A DNA stretch of 44,987 bases from Octopus bimaculoides (GCF_001194135.2 NC_068982.1:164560100-164605086), one strand, 5' to 3'; shown: positions 13,061 to 27,833, counted from the stretch's first letter. Translations and numbers: made by a program. The notes: generated by a model from the letters alone, not told the origin.

Positions 13061-14349
13061 GCCGATTTGTTAGACAATTTAATTTAATCTTTACTTTTTT
13101 CTCTGAAGTAGTTATGGTTAATTGTAAATAAACTTACTTAAAAAGTAATTTTTTTGTTTTTTTATGTAAAAAAATTTTGACACACCTTTCCTCTGGTTAT
13201 TGAATCAATTATTGAAGGAGTGTCTAGTCTTGGCCTTTGCCTTTAGCTATCTGCTGATTAAAGTCAATAGCCTTGAATAGTTTTTTTCATTATCTTAGAA
13301 TTTGACATTCTTAATGGTTGAGATCGCATTTTTTTTCTATGCCTATAAAGTTATTACAATTTCTACTCTCTTTACAACAAATTTTCTTTCTCTGATTGGG
13401 ATTTTTTGTTGTCGAAGAATCCTTTCCATATGCCTGACATGCACCAAATGGTTAAGATTGATACTATTTTAAATACAAACAGTGATTCTATGCTGCAGAA
13501 AACATGGTTTTCAAACCTTTTTATCACTGATACAAACAAAGCCGTAATCAATCAGCGGCTATCATTTGGGATTTACTGAAATATAATGAATCTTTATTCG
13601 ATTTGTATCATATGTTTCGACTGAACATTGGTCCAGGCCATGTCTAACTTAATAGCAGCACCTAATGAAAAAGTTAAAAGAAAAACAATAACAATTCACA
13701 TACCAACAACTTTATTTGGGGGATACATATATTTACATATATAGCTATAAACATTAAAATAATACAACATGTATAATTAACAAAAAATCTGCACTTCACA
13801 ACTCATTTACAGGTAACTACAAAAAAAAAAAGAAATTAAACAATTAAGGAAAATATTCAAGACCCTTGATTTTTTGGTCAAAACAACAGAGAGAAGAGCC
13901 TAAAGAAGCAAAGTGGACAGCAACATGTGACCATTGTACGACTTACTCAGAATTAATCCAGCGCATTCTTTGTACAATTAGAAGATGATTGATATATATA
14001 TTTACTTGTTTATTATTGTTTTCGTTTACTTCTTAAGAAAACACCTTGATATATATACAATGGGAAAAAGGAAAATATTCAAAAATGCTAGATACTGTAA
14101 TATATGCTAAAATAAATCTATGTTAAACCGTTTCTCTTCCCACGTGCGTGAGCGAAAGCAGGAAAAGTGCAATAGTGTGGGATCAGAAATAAAATAAGTG
14201 GAATTTTAGATTAGGGAATTTTCTTGAAGCTAGAGAACGTTTCATTTAAACTGAAGAGGAAAATAATTAGAAATGTTTTTTTTTTTACTTTGGACAGAAT
14301 AAAAACTGTTCTTAAAAACATCTTATACCAGAAGAGCGATCAAGAATAC

Positions 14350-15140
14350 ACACATATACATGTATAGACAGATACATACTAACATATATACACATACATA
14401 CGTGTGCATACATACAAATATTTTATACATATAGCCTCATACATACCTATATAGATACTTATATACATATATGTATATACACATTACTATATATATATAC
14501 ACACACATGCTTATACATACATATGCTTATATATATACACGTGTGCCTGTATACATATGTAGATGCTTACATACATATATACATATATACAAGTCCAAAC
14601 ATATACACAATATATACATGTCTACATACATAAGCCTACATGTATACAAATGTGTATATCTAACTATACAACTATATATGTATATATATATATCTCTCTA
14701 TATATATATACATGTCTATGGGTGTATAAGTATGAGTATGTGTACAAATGCATACATACACAAATATACACAAATACATACACATACACATGTATACACA
14801 CTCATATACCCAAGTCTATAATTAAATAACTACAAATATAAACATATATACATATGCACTTAATTTTATTCACACTTAAATGCATATACACATACATACG
14901 CGACCACGTTTAAATGCCTATACACTCTCAAATGCATTCCCACAAACGTGGATATAGGTGCATAAATACACACATACAGACACAAAATAAACTCACAAGC
15001 GTATTCATACACATACATACAGGCATACATATACATCATACATGCACATATTCATATATATACAAAAACATTCACAAATATATATACACTGATATATGCA
15101 CGTGTATATATACATATATAGATATACATACATATGCTAA
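14350..15140. repeat. About 800-bp degenerate TA/CA/TACA low-complexity tract
   Basis: Alternating purine-pyrimidine sequence throughout. It explains the Y/I/H/T-rich ORFs at 14471-15207. Confidence 0.9.
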
Positions 15141-16390
15141 CAACATATTTCAATATTGGAAAATCTCTGGAAGAAATTGTTTTTTTTTTGTTTTTGAATT
15201 GTTTTAAAAAATCAGGAACAAAAAACAAAAATAGGGAGGCAGAAAATTCCTGATCAAAGAAATAGTGTGTAAAAGAAATGAGAGGAAGGTTCACAGACAA
15301 GTTTGGGGATACATCTCTAACTAGACGTAGAGAGCTAAAATGTGGTTACTAATATGGTAGATGTTTCAATGATAATTTTTAATAAGAGATCATTGTATAG
15401 GGTGAAGGGGAGTTTGGAGTCTAAAAATGTCTTTAAAAAGTCACAACTTGAAGGAGATGAGCACATGCTACTGAAAGAGAACATTAGATACTAAAGAGAG
15501 AATTGAGCACCCGTGCAAAAGAACATGGCTGAGAGTGTGAGGGAGATAACACTACATTACATTATGAGAGAAGGAAAAAAGGAGCAGTGAGAGAGAGAGA
15601 GAGATTATTAGAGGCTAAAGAGAAGGAGAGAGGGTTACATTAAATCCTGTAGAGAGGCGAGAAAATAGGAGAGCAAGCTTTGATATAACAGTCAGATATG
15701 TAACAGTAGAAAAAGAACCAATATATCACACTCTCAGACTTCAATATTCATTATTGTTCGCTGTCCCACTCCCAGTGATGTTCTTGCGCTAAAACTCCAC
15801 AATAGAACGCCGCTTACAGTGCCTCTAATATACGACAAGTATTCAATACCGCATGCAAAAGAAAGCATTAAATTTAAGATCGAAAGACCATCACTAACGT
15901 ATTCCAGCCTTTGCCACGGTATCTCTTTATTCAGTTTTTTTATCGGTATTACAAAACTGCCTAGTTGTAACTTATCTCTACCTAAGTCGACTAGAGCAGC
16001 ATACAACCTCTCGTCATCGATTACGTACCGCTTTTCCTAGAAACACACTATGTCCAAACTTTTCAACGCCGCTCCCGCTGAATTCCCTTATAACCCACAG
16101 GGACCTACAAGTAGCGGCTAGCAGCCATTAGATCAGATACCAACGGAATCAATCTTACTCGTTTCAGGGTGTTTGTGAAAGCCATGAACACAATCCTTTT
16201 CCTTAATCTGAATATTATAAAGCAGAGTACACCACTTTAGAAGCTTTTATTCATCTTTATAATATTTGAAAATTGAATCATATGTAGAGTCAAAAAATAT
16301 CCTTTAACCATCAAACTAACCAGCGTAAGGGACTACAAAATTTGCGAGAAATTGAACAAAATTTTCTTTTTCTTTCGTTTATCTCTTTAG

Positions 16391-16447
16391 AAATAAGTGT
16401 GGAATGAAAATGCGGAAGTTTCAATGATAATATTCACTTCGCAATTG
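16391..16447 (+). other. Candidate 57-nt exon (non-coding, or carrying a start codon giving MIIFTSQL)
   Basis: Very long pyrimidine tract ttttctttttctttcgtttatctctttAG and TTG|GTGAGC donor. All three frames contain a stop, so it cannot be an internal coding exon. Confidence 0.25.
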
Positions 16448-16869
16448 GTGAGCGTAAAGCTATAGGGTGTAATGTCTGAAAATGTAATCCATGTTTCAGA
16501 ATATTCGTACTAGTGGCAGGAAATAACAGCATTGATATGATTGATACCCTTAAGGAATTTTTGTGCAGTCCTGAATTACAATATATACTCTCATCATATC
16601 ATGCCTCACTGATATGACTTTATCTCTCTCAATTCGTCGTTCGCAACATTTTTGATCTCGTAGTGCACTGGAGATCAATTAAGAAAAGTAGTGGCGCTAT
16701 TCTTGCAGGAAGTAAGAAGCCAGACCGTATTAAATTCCAAAACATGGAAAAATAGCAAAATCTATTATTCACCTAGTTTTATTAATCATATACATATGTA
16801 TGCCCAAATTATACTTAATATATTCTGGACCGTAATTCAGTACGAAATATATCGTTTTTGTTTCTCTTT

Positions 16870-17268
16870 TACTTTTACTCTTTTCCTAGTTTCAGTCATT
16901 TAACTGCGACCATGCTGGAGCACCACCACCTTTTGTCGAGCGAATCGACCCCAGGACGTATTCTTTGTAAGCCTAGTATTTATTCTATCGGTCTTTTGCC
17001 GAACCGCTAGGTTACGGGTACGTATACACACCAGCATCGGTTGTGAAGCGATGCTGGGGGGACAAACAGACACACAAATATATACACACATACATATATA
17101 TATATACATATATATATACGACGGGCGTCTTTCAGTTTCCGTCTACCAAATCCACTAACGAAGCATTGGTCGGCCGGAGGCTATAGTGGAAGACACTTTC
17201 CCAAGGTGCCACGGAACCCGGGACCATGTGATTCGTAAGCAAGCTACTTACCACACAGCCACTTCTAC
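16870..17268 (-). mobile_element. tRNA-derived SINE, octopus family 1 (near full length)
   Basis: Minus-strand head gtagaagTGGCTGTGTGGtaagtagcttgc (A box; B box partly deleted), internal CA/TA microsatellite and short AAAGT-type tail. Aligns along its length with the copy at 44633-44987. Confidence 0.88.
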
Positions 17269-20200
17269 GTTCCAAACTCTTTATATACATTTTATTTATA
17301 TTTTATATCTTTCAGGGGACATAGTCGATGCATACATGCGATAAAATTTGTAATGTGCATAGCGCAATATTCTTTCTGCGGTCCTGAATCAAGGTGGGAT
17401 GAGAGTGATTGAGCTCGAATAATCATTCTTGAACGAACGGTGATATATAAATTAAGAGAAAGACTATGTTAAAACAATGAATTGTTAATCATTTTCTAGC
17501 GGCATCTAGTGCTGCCATAACAGTCCACTCAGTCCCGGAATTGATGTGAATGGTGTTGAAGTGTATGATGAATATAACACTAAAATCTCATGGAAGCTTT
17601 TGATAGAATTAAGCTATCAACAAACATATCCATATATATTTACGCTACTTTCCCTTTTATGCCGAGTGTTAATTCCGGTTAAACCATACATTTTAGAGAT
17701 CTTGGTAGAAAAGTCTATTCAATATACTCAACTTTCGTTTTAACCAACCAACAAGTAGAATGCATCAGATAACCTCGGTATACCTACTGTGGACCTATTC
17801 GTAAATAACGAATATTATTTGTGTAAATCTTAGAGACTGGGATATTGCATCTCATTCTATGCCAGAAATCAATTTCTTTTCCCATATTCTAATATTAAAT
17901 TACACCTTAAAACAAATTCTGTTATCTTACATTTTAAAGAATGCTATTTCATTTTCATTGTTATTATTTTTATTAATATTATTATTTTTATTGGCACTAT
18001 TATGATCGAGATGAAAGCTTTTTCCAGCTTAATTGTGTTTTGCCAAGTTAATTAATGAAATTAATCCACAGAAAATTAAACAACAAAGAATTTCCTGGAA
18101 ATAATGTAATCTAGTGTTCATTATTGTTCATAATCGGTGTTATTTTTATGTATTTTAAATTTATTTTCAACTTTGTTCTTGTCAATGCTGTTGTTGCCGC
18201 TGCTTTTGGTCATGATAATATCTGCATATAACATGTATTTTATTAATTTTACGTTTAATTTTTTTTTTCAAATAGACACTTTACGAAAGAAAATATATCA
18301 GAATGAATTCATGCTGTCTTATATTATGTTAGTAATTATGAAATATAAGAACTGTCGGTTCCTTCGAAAAACAGTGAATAAGAAAAGCAGTTTTAGGAAT
18401 TTTTTATGAATTTGTCAACGACTAATTTTACTTCACAGCAGTAAATCAAGTCAATAATTAATAAAACTTCCATGAAATGATTTTTTGCTACACGAAAGTA
18501 CTAGTTTTCCAAATTTAATTTGCTTTTGGATTATAAAATTAATTCGGAAAAATAAATGTTTTACTTTGTTTTTCTTTTATATGTCATGTATTTTATTAGA
18601 TGTTCTGTTAATGCAAACAAATAATGTCTCAAATAATGATAAATTTAGGACTTCAGATTTCAGCAAATTAAGAAAGATACGTTGGATATGGCGATGAAAG
18701 TGTGACAAACAATATCAATGCATTAGTATTACCAACGTAACGCAGCCATTTTTTTAAAATAGGAAGTTACCACTAGTCAACAGAATAGTTTTATAATGGT
18801 GACTACGCCTTTCTGAATGCATTTAGGCATTGATTACAAATGAGTCTTTAGTGCAGGTTTCCTGTCACGTGTACTCCTTGTAATATGTGTAGTTTTTATC
18901 CTTCTCAATTTTCTCAACAATTGTGCTGCATGAAATAACCCTTTATATAATTTGGCTCATTGTTTCAATGAAAACACTTCACAAATATTTGATTAATTAA
19001 AACATAATTACGTTTAATACCCTTTTTTATATCATTAAATCATTGTACATCTATATAAGCAATATTCAGTTATTCAAAAGTCGTGTGGTAATGAGTGTAT
19101 CTATAAAGAATTGTCAGCCATTATGTCTTTATTCAAGAATTCCAATGGTATATTTCTATTGAATACCTAAATTTATGATGCCGTATTCTTTGCTTATTGC
19201 TTACTTATTACTTATTACGAAATTTTCAAGACAGAATTCTAGATGGAAATGTAGTAAGTATAGCTTGAAACATCCTGCCCCTTTACTTGCATTCAGTAGG
19301 TCCTCTATTCTATCCCTACAGGCAAAAAAACTTTAGAATAATCATCAAAATCAAGTCTTTAAATTCCAGAGGTGGTGATTCAAATTCAATAACATTTAGA
19401 ATACCCTTTTAAATATTTAAACTCCAAGTAAGCAGAGTTCACATTTAAAAACTTCTTGGGGAGATATTGAAATTCCCTTGCATTGATTTTACCTATAGCT
19501 TCAACAAAGTTTTCCTTAAACCTTTTATCTTTTTTGAATAAAGTAAGAAAGCAGATTGGACATTGCTCACTATTTGTAACCAGCGATATTTATTACAACG
19601 GTTTGTAAATGGTATAAGAAAGGATACCGTTTTGTAGATCCTGTATGTCTATTATATTGTCAATGACTTTGATATCTCGACTGAGCATAGATGAACATTG
19701 TATTGAATGGTATCAAACAGTGTATTCATATTATCATAAATCCCTTTCAGGTGGATAGACTGAACAATCGGGTGGCATTGCTTGATATCTTCGTTATGCT
19801 GTTGAGCTAATTAAATTTGAAGCTTCTTGAAGATGAATGAGTGAATAGATGACAGTCAGACGCTACATGAGACTGAGAGAAGTCTATAAAGAAATCACTG
19901 TTTCCATTGCCATATCAAACGGTACAATCAGCAATGAAAAATTTCCTAGATTATAATTTTGCTTTTGGATGCAACTCACTTGCAATTGTTTGCCAAGTAA
20001 ATTGTCTTCCTGTTATATCTCGTGAAAGCGTTTGAATTATCAGCTATAAATCGCTGATTATCTAAAATCTGTTGAGTAAATAACTTCCCCAAATGTTCCT
20101 TCTCCACCTTCCATTTCTTCATCTATAGAAACAAGCCTATTGTTTTAGTGAAAAGGAATGGATATTATTCCACCATGTTGGACTCAGCTATATGTTGAAT

Positions 20201-20827
20201 TCAACTATGAATAGAAAATCTTTTGTTTGTTCTTGCGAGAAAGATAATTATGTTGTGCGAAATACACATTTTGTAAGATGATCGAGTTTTTCTTGATATG
20301 AAGGGAATAAAGAATGACATAGGTTGTCCTTTATTATTCAAACTCTTATGCAGTTCATTTAAGCAAGCAGGCGTGATTAGATGTGCCGTCTACTGCTATG
20401 CGAGGTAATATATTAGACAAAATTATGACTGGTGTGCTTTAAAAGATTCATTTTGATGGTCTTGGGGAAAATGTATTGGAAACATAAAAGAAAAACTATG
20501 GAAGAATTTTAGACATATAGCACGCGATGATTTAATGGCAATAATACTTTTATAAGGTAATTGTTATTTATAATCTGCTAGAGAATTTATTATTCCACAT
20601 AATATCCCGCTTTGAATTCTATATGGATAATGATTCGGTGGACCTTTGCATCCATCATGTAATTCATACACACAGACACACAGGGACACAAACACACACA
20701 GATACACACACATACACATGCACACAACATACTCACGCGCGCACGCACATGGACAAACAAATATTTATATATAAATGGCTCTGTAGCATTGTTTATGAAC
20801 GTATATATATAAATATATATATATATA

Positions 20828-21560
20828 NNNNNNNNNNNNNNNNNNNNNNNNNNNNNNNNNNNNNNNNNNNNNNNNNNNNNNNNNNNNNNNNNNNNNNNNN
20901 NNNNNNNNNNNNNNNNNNNNNNNNNNNNNNNNNNNNNNNNNNNNNNNNNNNNNNNNNNNNNNNNNNNNNNNNNNNNNNNNNNNNNNNNNNNNNNNNNNNN
21001 NNNNNNNNNNNNNNNNNNNNNNNNNNNNNNNNNNNNNNNNNNNNNNNNNNNNNNNNNNNNNNNNNNNNNNNNNNNNNNNNNNNNNNNNNNNNNNNNNNNN
21101 NNNNNNNNNNNNNNNNNNNNNNNNNNNNNNNNNNNNNNNNNNNNNNNNNNNNNNNNNNNNNNNNNNNNNNNNNNNNNNNNNNNNNNNNNNNNNNNNNNNN
21201 NNNNNNNNNNNNNNNNNNNNNNNNNNNNNNNNNNNNNNNNNNNNNNNNNNNNNNNNNNNNNNNNNNNNNNNNNNNNNNNNNNNNNNNNNNNNNNNNNNNN
21301 NNNNNNNNNNNNNNNNNNNNNNNNNNNNNNNNNNNNNNNNNNNNNNNNNNNNNNNNNNNNNNNNNNNNNNNNNNNNNNNNNNNNNNNNNNNNNNNNNNNN
21401 NNNNNNNNNNNNNNNNNNNNNNNNNNNNNNNNNNNNNNNNNNNNNNNNNNNNNNNNNNNNNNNNNNNNNNNNNNNNNNNNNNNNNNNNNNNNNNNNNNNN
21501 NNNNNNNNNNNNNNNNNNNNNNNNNNNNNNNNNNNNNNNNNNNNNNNNNNNNNNNNNNNN
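20828..21560. other. Assembly gap (others: 835-1249, 2425-2772, 22294-22303, 33859-34691, 39412-40255, 44328-44431)
   Basis: N runs; the six large ones each abut a (TA)n or (AAT)n tract on at least one side. Confidence 0.99.
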
Positions 21561-21870
21561 ATGGACCAGAGGTTAGGGCAGCAGACTCGCGTTCGTGATA
21601 TCGCTGTTTTGATTGTTAGAGTTTATTGAGTGTAAACACCTAAACCTCGACGTGGCTCTGGCTGCGGGGTGCGGGTGGGGGGTTCTGCTGTACTCTTTCA
21701 CCACAACTTTCTCTCACTCTTTGTTCCTGTTTCTGTTGTACCTCTATTTCAAAAAGCCAGCCTTGTCGCACTCTTTGTCACGCTGAATCCCCTCGAGAAC
21801 TACGTAAATTTCAGGCTGTTCCGTTGATCGGATCAACTGAAAGCCTCGTCATCGTAACCGACGGAGTGCC
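21561..21870 (+). mobile_element. tRNA-derived SINE, octopus family 2 (5' end lost in gap 20828-21560)
   Basis: Begins atggaccagaggttagggcagcagactcgcg (A-box-like tRNA head) and ends cgtaaccgacggagtgcc. The body matches an octopus SINE from memory. Confidence 0.7.
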
Positions 21871-22119
21871 GCGATATATATAAATGTGTGCACAGGTTTG
21901 TGTGTGTGGGGATGCTATGTGTGTGAATGTGCGTGTGTGTGTGTACGTGTGGCTGTAGCGTTACGGGATATTTTCTTTGCAGTTGATTTTTTGTTGTGAA
22001 TGTCGTTCTGGTTGAGTGCTCATAGCTGATTGTCTATCGTTGACTTTTGCTGTTTAGCTGTCTTTCGTATATTCCCTATTGTTCATTCTTTCTTCATTTG
22101 GTATGTTTTCATGACGAAT

Positions 22120-23110
22120 ATATCTCCTCACCACTATCCACACTGCTGTTGCCAGGGCACGTTCCTTAGACCGTACCTCTGTTCTTTCTCCCCGCACCGG
22201 CCCCGTCATTGCCTGTCTCCCGTTTCTCCTCACCTCCCAGCCCTCCACTTTCCCCTCCAACACACCATTCTCCGAGCCTTCATACGACTCCAGNNNNNNN
22301 NNNCACCGTACATCTTCCCCAACCTCCTTCAAACGAGCCCACAACCTGCGTGACCTCCTGTTCCACAGTTTCTTCCCCAACCCCACCTCCGAGCCTAGCT
22401 CATTCCCCTGCTCCACCCACGCTGCTGTACTTGCCCCTACTTCTCCAATACCACCATTCTCACAGGCACCCAACATCATCCTTATCACATCCCCGAGTTC
22501 TTTACCTGCACTTCTAGTGACGTCATTTACTGCATCTCCTGCCCTTTCTGCCCTTCCCTGTACATCTGTCAAACGGATGCCGCTTGTCTGACCGCTTCTC
22601 GGAGCACCTCAGACTCGGAAATGACACCCCGGTCTCGCGTCAATTCCGCTATACAACATCTGTCTGTGTTCGGACTACCTTTGCACAGAGGCCATCCAGA
22701 CTCCTACCTTCGCCATGAACAGGAATTAATCTATCTTCTCTCTTCGCTCCTTTGCGCCTCATGGGCTCAACTCCCCTCCTCTCTTCATCTGACTCCCCTC
22801 CTCGCTTCATCTGACTCCCTCCTCACTTCATCTGACATCTACTTCCTCTCTTCACTCCTACCCACCTCTTCTCTTCCTTTATACCACTCCACATCAGCCC
22901 ATACACCCCACACACACCCCTATCTCATACCACCCCACCACACTACACCCCACCCCATCCCACACAACTACACCCCACCCCATCCCACACAACTACACCA
23001 CCACTGTACACCACTGCACACACTAGCATTGACCGCTTCCAAGTACCCACTCCACACACCGTCATCCACACATCCACATACCATCAAACACACATAGTTG
23101 AAACGCTGTT
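22120..23110 (+). mobile_element. Decayed Penelope-like element 3' part (end of RT thumb, GIY-YIG endonuclease, C-rich 3' region)
   Basis: Translation across frameshifts: ARARSLDRTSVL...FKRAHNLRDLL...CCTCPYF...FTCTSSDVIYCISCPFCPSLYICQT...RLSDRFSEHL...RHEQELIY...SFAPHGLN...* (stop at 22792). This is the VIY...YIGQT GIY-YIG signature with G->C decay. Confidence 0.88.
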
Positions 23111-26100
23111 TTATTGTTTTTCACCGTAGAATTTCCATCATCCCACTACCAGTTTGCCACCACCCCTTCCTTCCTTATTCATCTATCACCCCTTTCTTTC
23201 TCATTCATATATTGTGACGGAGAAAACCACAAGAGTATTATCATAGTAGATTATAATCGTTATTATTACACCTGTTGTAATATGGCCATTGTTTCCATTA
23301 CTCAGTCTCAAATCAAAGCTTCATTACCTTACACAGATGAGAAATATTTCGTATTCATGGATATTTTCCTTCTAAAGAATTGATCTCATCACAGGTATCA
23401 CAACCAACTTTATAACAGAACAAGATTCGCCCACATATGCTGTATAATTCCCTATCAATTCGACCATTTACAATTTACAATAAGACTGTCACGATGCTTT
23501 TATCACTGAGTGTAATGATATTCAAATATTATGCTAAACTTTAAAGTTGCACACGCACACACTCACACGTATTAATATGTGTATGTATACATGTATACTC
23601 TCACACACATGCATGTATATACATATATATTAAGCAGCACACATAACACATTATCTCAATCCGTTCACACAACCAGTCTTTACCTCAACACGATTTTATT
23701 AGCTAAACCGACAGAAATGCAATGCTACAAACAGAATCTATATTGGTTTAAAACTCCAAGAAACTCACTGTGATCTACTCTATATCATCAATTTACTAAT
23801 ATTTTATTTCCAATATTTATAGTCATACCACTAATGTTAGGACATAGTTATATTAAATTTCGTATTCGGTTATTAAGTTTCTCATGCTTTATTCCTTTCG
23901 ATTCAACGGAGTAGTAATCCAATTGAAGCCACTGTTCCGTTTACTATTAATAGGTTACTCATGTGCTGCTTAATATAAACAACTCCTTCTAGCCTTCTGC
24001 TATATTACCTAAGTTTTCGTTACACACCTTCCTCTTCGCAAAAGTGTTTTTGTATAAATATAAGTAATATGCATTTAATTGTAATATAAATGTGACATGT
24101 AATATTCTAGACTTCTTCATGAACTAATATATTTATTAGAAACGAAAATCCCCCGGTGTTGCAGCTCACAAACCTTTGGTAAAGATCAGTTAAATATTTT
24201 AATCACCTGCTTCGGCACTGAAATGATATTTGTTATGTTAAGAAGTGGTTTGATCTATTTCCTCGGAATCTAATTGAATTCGAGAAACTCTGTGGCAATT
24301 TGAAAAAGAAAGAGCAAACTTATCATAATAACAATAGTGGCTTGTGATGCTTGCCGAAAGTCATAATACGATGAGAAGAGTAGAAAAGCGAAATACATAG
24401 GAAAATAGCCGATAGTGAGGGATTTCTTTTGAACAAAACGGTGAAGTCTGCAATAAAAGTGAAGAGGAATTAATACATAAATAGCATCGGGAGTACAATA
24501 CAAAAAGAAAAGGGTTGTTATATCTTACCTTGCCGAAAGAATCCAGTATGTAGATAGACATCATGTAGTTTAAAACGAGCAGTTTCAGCATAAGTGTGTT
24601 TATGACCCGATTTAGATTCACTTACATGCTAACTATGTCTCTCATGTGCTGTACACTGATTATGTCCTGTGCATATATATAATGCTACTTAAAAGTAATC
24701 AGAATTATTCCTACGGGTAGAGACAAGAAAAGAGGTGATTGTATTAGCTGTGCTGGATCTACAATACAAATTTGAGTCCAAGTCACAGAAATAAGAAATG
24801 TAAAAGAAATAGAAATTCTATTCTAGGCTTAGGGTATAGTAAAAGCAGCTTCAGTGTATGCACTGTTTTTCTTATTTCATTTTGTAATTTGCTTTAATGC
24901 AACAGTTAATGATTTAATGGGTATTGTTTCAGTGTCTCCATTTTGCATGTTGATTGAGATATCAAATTAGCAAAAAGTCATTTTAAAAATTTTGATAGAA
25001 TTGCTGTCCTGAATAATAGTTACCGAGAAGAATAGTCCTAGTTATCAATTTTCAATTTTAGTTTTGTGCAGTTGTGTACTTTTATTTTTACTTTATTTTC
25101 TTCTATTCAGATGGTACGCTTCACATGTCTTTCCTATTTCTCTGTTGTATTTTGTTAAGAATTGGAAAAAAAATTAGCTGGAACGGGCGTTATCATATTA
25201 CGTAGAGAAGACTTAAAATCAGCATTACTGATTATAATGTTTGTAGAATGGTATAAACGAACAATAGGAAATGGAATTATATACATTTTGTCACTCGTGA
25301 TTTGAAAGCTTGGAGATGGATTTTTTTTTGTTATGAAACGACTGGCGATATAATGTGATTGTGAAGTGCTGAGTTGTTTATAATGATATATAATGGTGGT
25401 AGTTGTTTTGGTGGTTGTTTATAATATCCTGCGTAGTTAGATAATCTCTGCTTTATTGGAAATATAGCCGTAATACATCCGTTAGAAACACAAAAAGTCT
25501 GCCTTCTTAATCATGGAATGGTATTTGTTCAAAGAGACATTAGAATATTGATGGATTGCAGTTATTGAACAAGGAATTTAGCTGAACGAAGCAGAGTAAA
25601 CGCTGATTGAAACAACAGATCTGAAAACTACCACTACTTAATATTATAAAGAAATGAAATGCATTTTACATCAAAAGATTGATTCTCATATCCCAGATTT
25701 AATCATATATTTTAGAAATATTCATTTATTCTCTATTTTCTTTCATATTTATCTATGAATATCGTTGATGTCCGAGAGAAAAAGGTAAAAATAGCACTAT
25801 AAAGGAATTTGTAAATATATCGATTTATTTAAACCTAATCTAGATATTACTGTCACAACAAATACAATGGGAAGTTCCATGATGGAATCAAACAAAGAAA
25901 AGAAAACAGAACAAAAATATTAAGCCAAAAAATAAAAGGTTGATGGAAGCGAAATGAAAGTAAAACAGAAACAAAACATCTGTTTCCCTGAACAGGTTTA
26001 TGGTTACTTTTTTATATTAAATCCTACAGCATTTCTATATCGGAAAATTTACTTATGTGTTTTTAATCAAATTAATGAGATTACGAGATTTAAAAAAAAA

Positions 26101-26795
26101 ATCTAAATAGTAAAGTCTAAACACAAAATTCCATGTACCGAGTAAAACAACAAAGGATGGTGGAAATAATGGATGTTTGAGAGATAAATATGATATAATC
26201 AACATATACTACTAACTATAAAAGTACCCAACCTGTGATTTTGTCGAAGAGATGAGGATTAGATTGAATAATAATTTAATAGATATCACAAATGAAACTT
26301 TAATCATCTTAGGGAAGGAAAATAAAAAAATTAATATACTAATACATATTTGGTTTTAATGTCGGGAAACGTTCAAACAAAAAGAGAAACATAACATAAC
26401 AAAACGAATATAACAATGAAACATGCATGAAACCAGAATTACAGGCATTTCAAACATTTTTTGAGCTCTCGAAAGAACAGGGTGGCTGTCGATGATTTGA
26501 TCGATGTTACAAACACACACGTGTATATAAACGCACAAACGCTCACACGCATGGATACATATATACATACGAACACATGCATACACACACACAGACGCGC
26601 TATTATTGGCATTCCAAAGTAGTTGTAAGAAGAAAGTACCATTCGATATTGCTCTTTATTAGATCGATCTATGTGCGTTATGCAGACAGGAAACGGTCTG
26701 CTGTATTGCGGGCATGTTTTTGTTTTAATTATATTTATCAAATAAAATCACTGGAACTAAAACAAATATTCTCTTTAATATTATTATACTTGCAG

Positions 26796-26864
26796 TCAAT
26801 CGTTATATTTACATGGCATTCGCACGTAACATCACACGGGATACTCACACTGGTGAAATCGCTG
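26796..26864 (+). other. Candidate 69-nt coding exon (phase 1-1 xNRYIYMAFARNITRDTHTGEIA, or phase 0-0 SIVIFTWHSHVTSHGILTLVKSL)
   Basis: ttattatacttgcAG acceptor, CTG|GTGAGT donor, length divisible by 3, higher GC than its flanks, two open frames. Product not recognised. Confidence 0.35.
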
Positions 26865-27670
26865 GTGAGTTTTATTTTTGCTAAATTTCCGTTTCTCTTG
26901 CTGTTTTCGCCTGCTGGCATTGCTTTGCAGATGTATCTGGATTTCCACTGAAAAGTTGTCCTCACTTTTAATCACTGAATGTGTGTATGTTTATTTCGTA
27001 ACATTTTCTGATATATATTTCCCAACAAACTTCTTTTTCTAAGATGGCTAGTAAAAAATTTAATAGAGGAGTGGTTGTAGGTATAATTATATCCATCTCT
27101 CATCCTAACTCCTCTTTAGTCATAATAGCCCTCCAGTAAGTCTTCAATATGAGGCGGAAGCCACTCCCATTGAAAGTATCCAAGCAGCTAAAATCTGAAA
27201 ACAACAACAGCAACAACAACGATGACAGCAACGAAAACACATTTGTGAACCGCGACAACTTCAATAACAACAGGAACAAAACCAACGATAATAATAGAAT
27301 AATCAACATTCACAACACAGCAAAAACAATGTTGCTAACAGAATAGCAACAACAGTAAAGATAAAAATCATGATAAACAAGCAGTAACCTATAACATCAT
27401 TTAAAATGGCAACAATAATGACAACTGTTACATAATTCAAAAGGACAATACCAGTAAGGACGACGAATTGGGTTCAGAAAAACATCTTTTGCACATATTA
27501 TGGTCATATTTCTTCTCGTATACATCGGCATCGTCAGAAGCTGCTATGAAATGGAAGTTGTTTTAGCCGTTCTATCAGTACAGAAATATAGAATTTACAT
27601 TCTATAGAAGTAAAAAGAACGCTACTAAAAAAACATAAATGCGACATTGCTCACCCTGGGCTCACTTCAC

Positions 27671-27833
27671 ACTCTGTTTCATCAATAGCAGAGAAACCAG
27701 TACTCATCTTCGGCCGAAATCGAGAAAATGTCTGAAAAAAGTGTGGCCTTCCATTATTCGAGGAAAGCAATATGGGACTATGGTAGCCATCTGAGACAGC
27801 GAGCAAAAAGCTCATAGAATTCCTAAAACAACC
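27671..27833. repeat. Direct repeat copy 1 (about 165 bp)
   Basis: Aligns with 29583-29754 from actctgtttcatcaatagcagag to cctaaaac.acc. Confidence 0.92.

Noticed and set aside
13941-13966. Minus-strand ATG...GA|GTAAGT as a first coding exon (MRWINS)
   Set aside because: No compatible downstream minus-strand exon was found; an isolated donor is expected by chance.
15734-16110. Overlapping 70-90 aa ORFs on both strands
   Set aside because: No recognisable motif; at most an unidentifiable old TE remnant.
24521-24630. Minus-strand open stretch ending CAAG|GTAAGA (…ARFKLHDVYLHTGFFRQ)
   Set aside because: The only available acceptor lacks a pyrimidine tract.
25081-25119. 3-nt microexon ATG between a strong acceptor and GTACGC
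   Set aside because: The donor is mediocre, and a 3-nt exon cannot be supported without reads.
27180-27480. Asn-rich ORFs
   Set aside because: Degenerate AAC/AAT trinucleotide tract.
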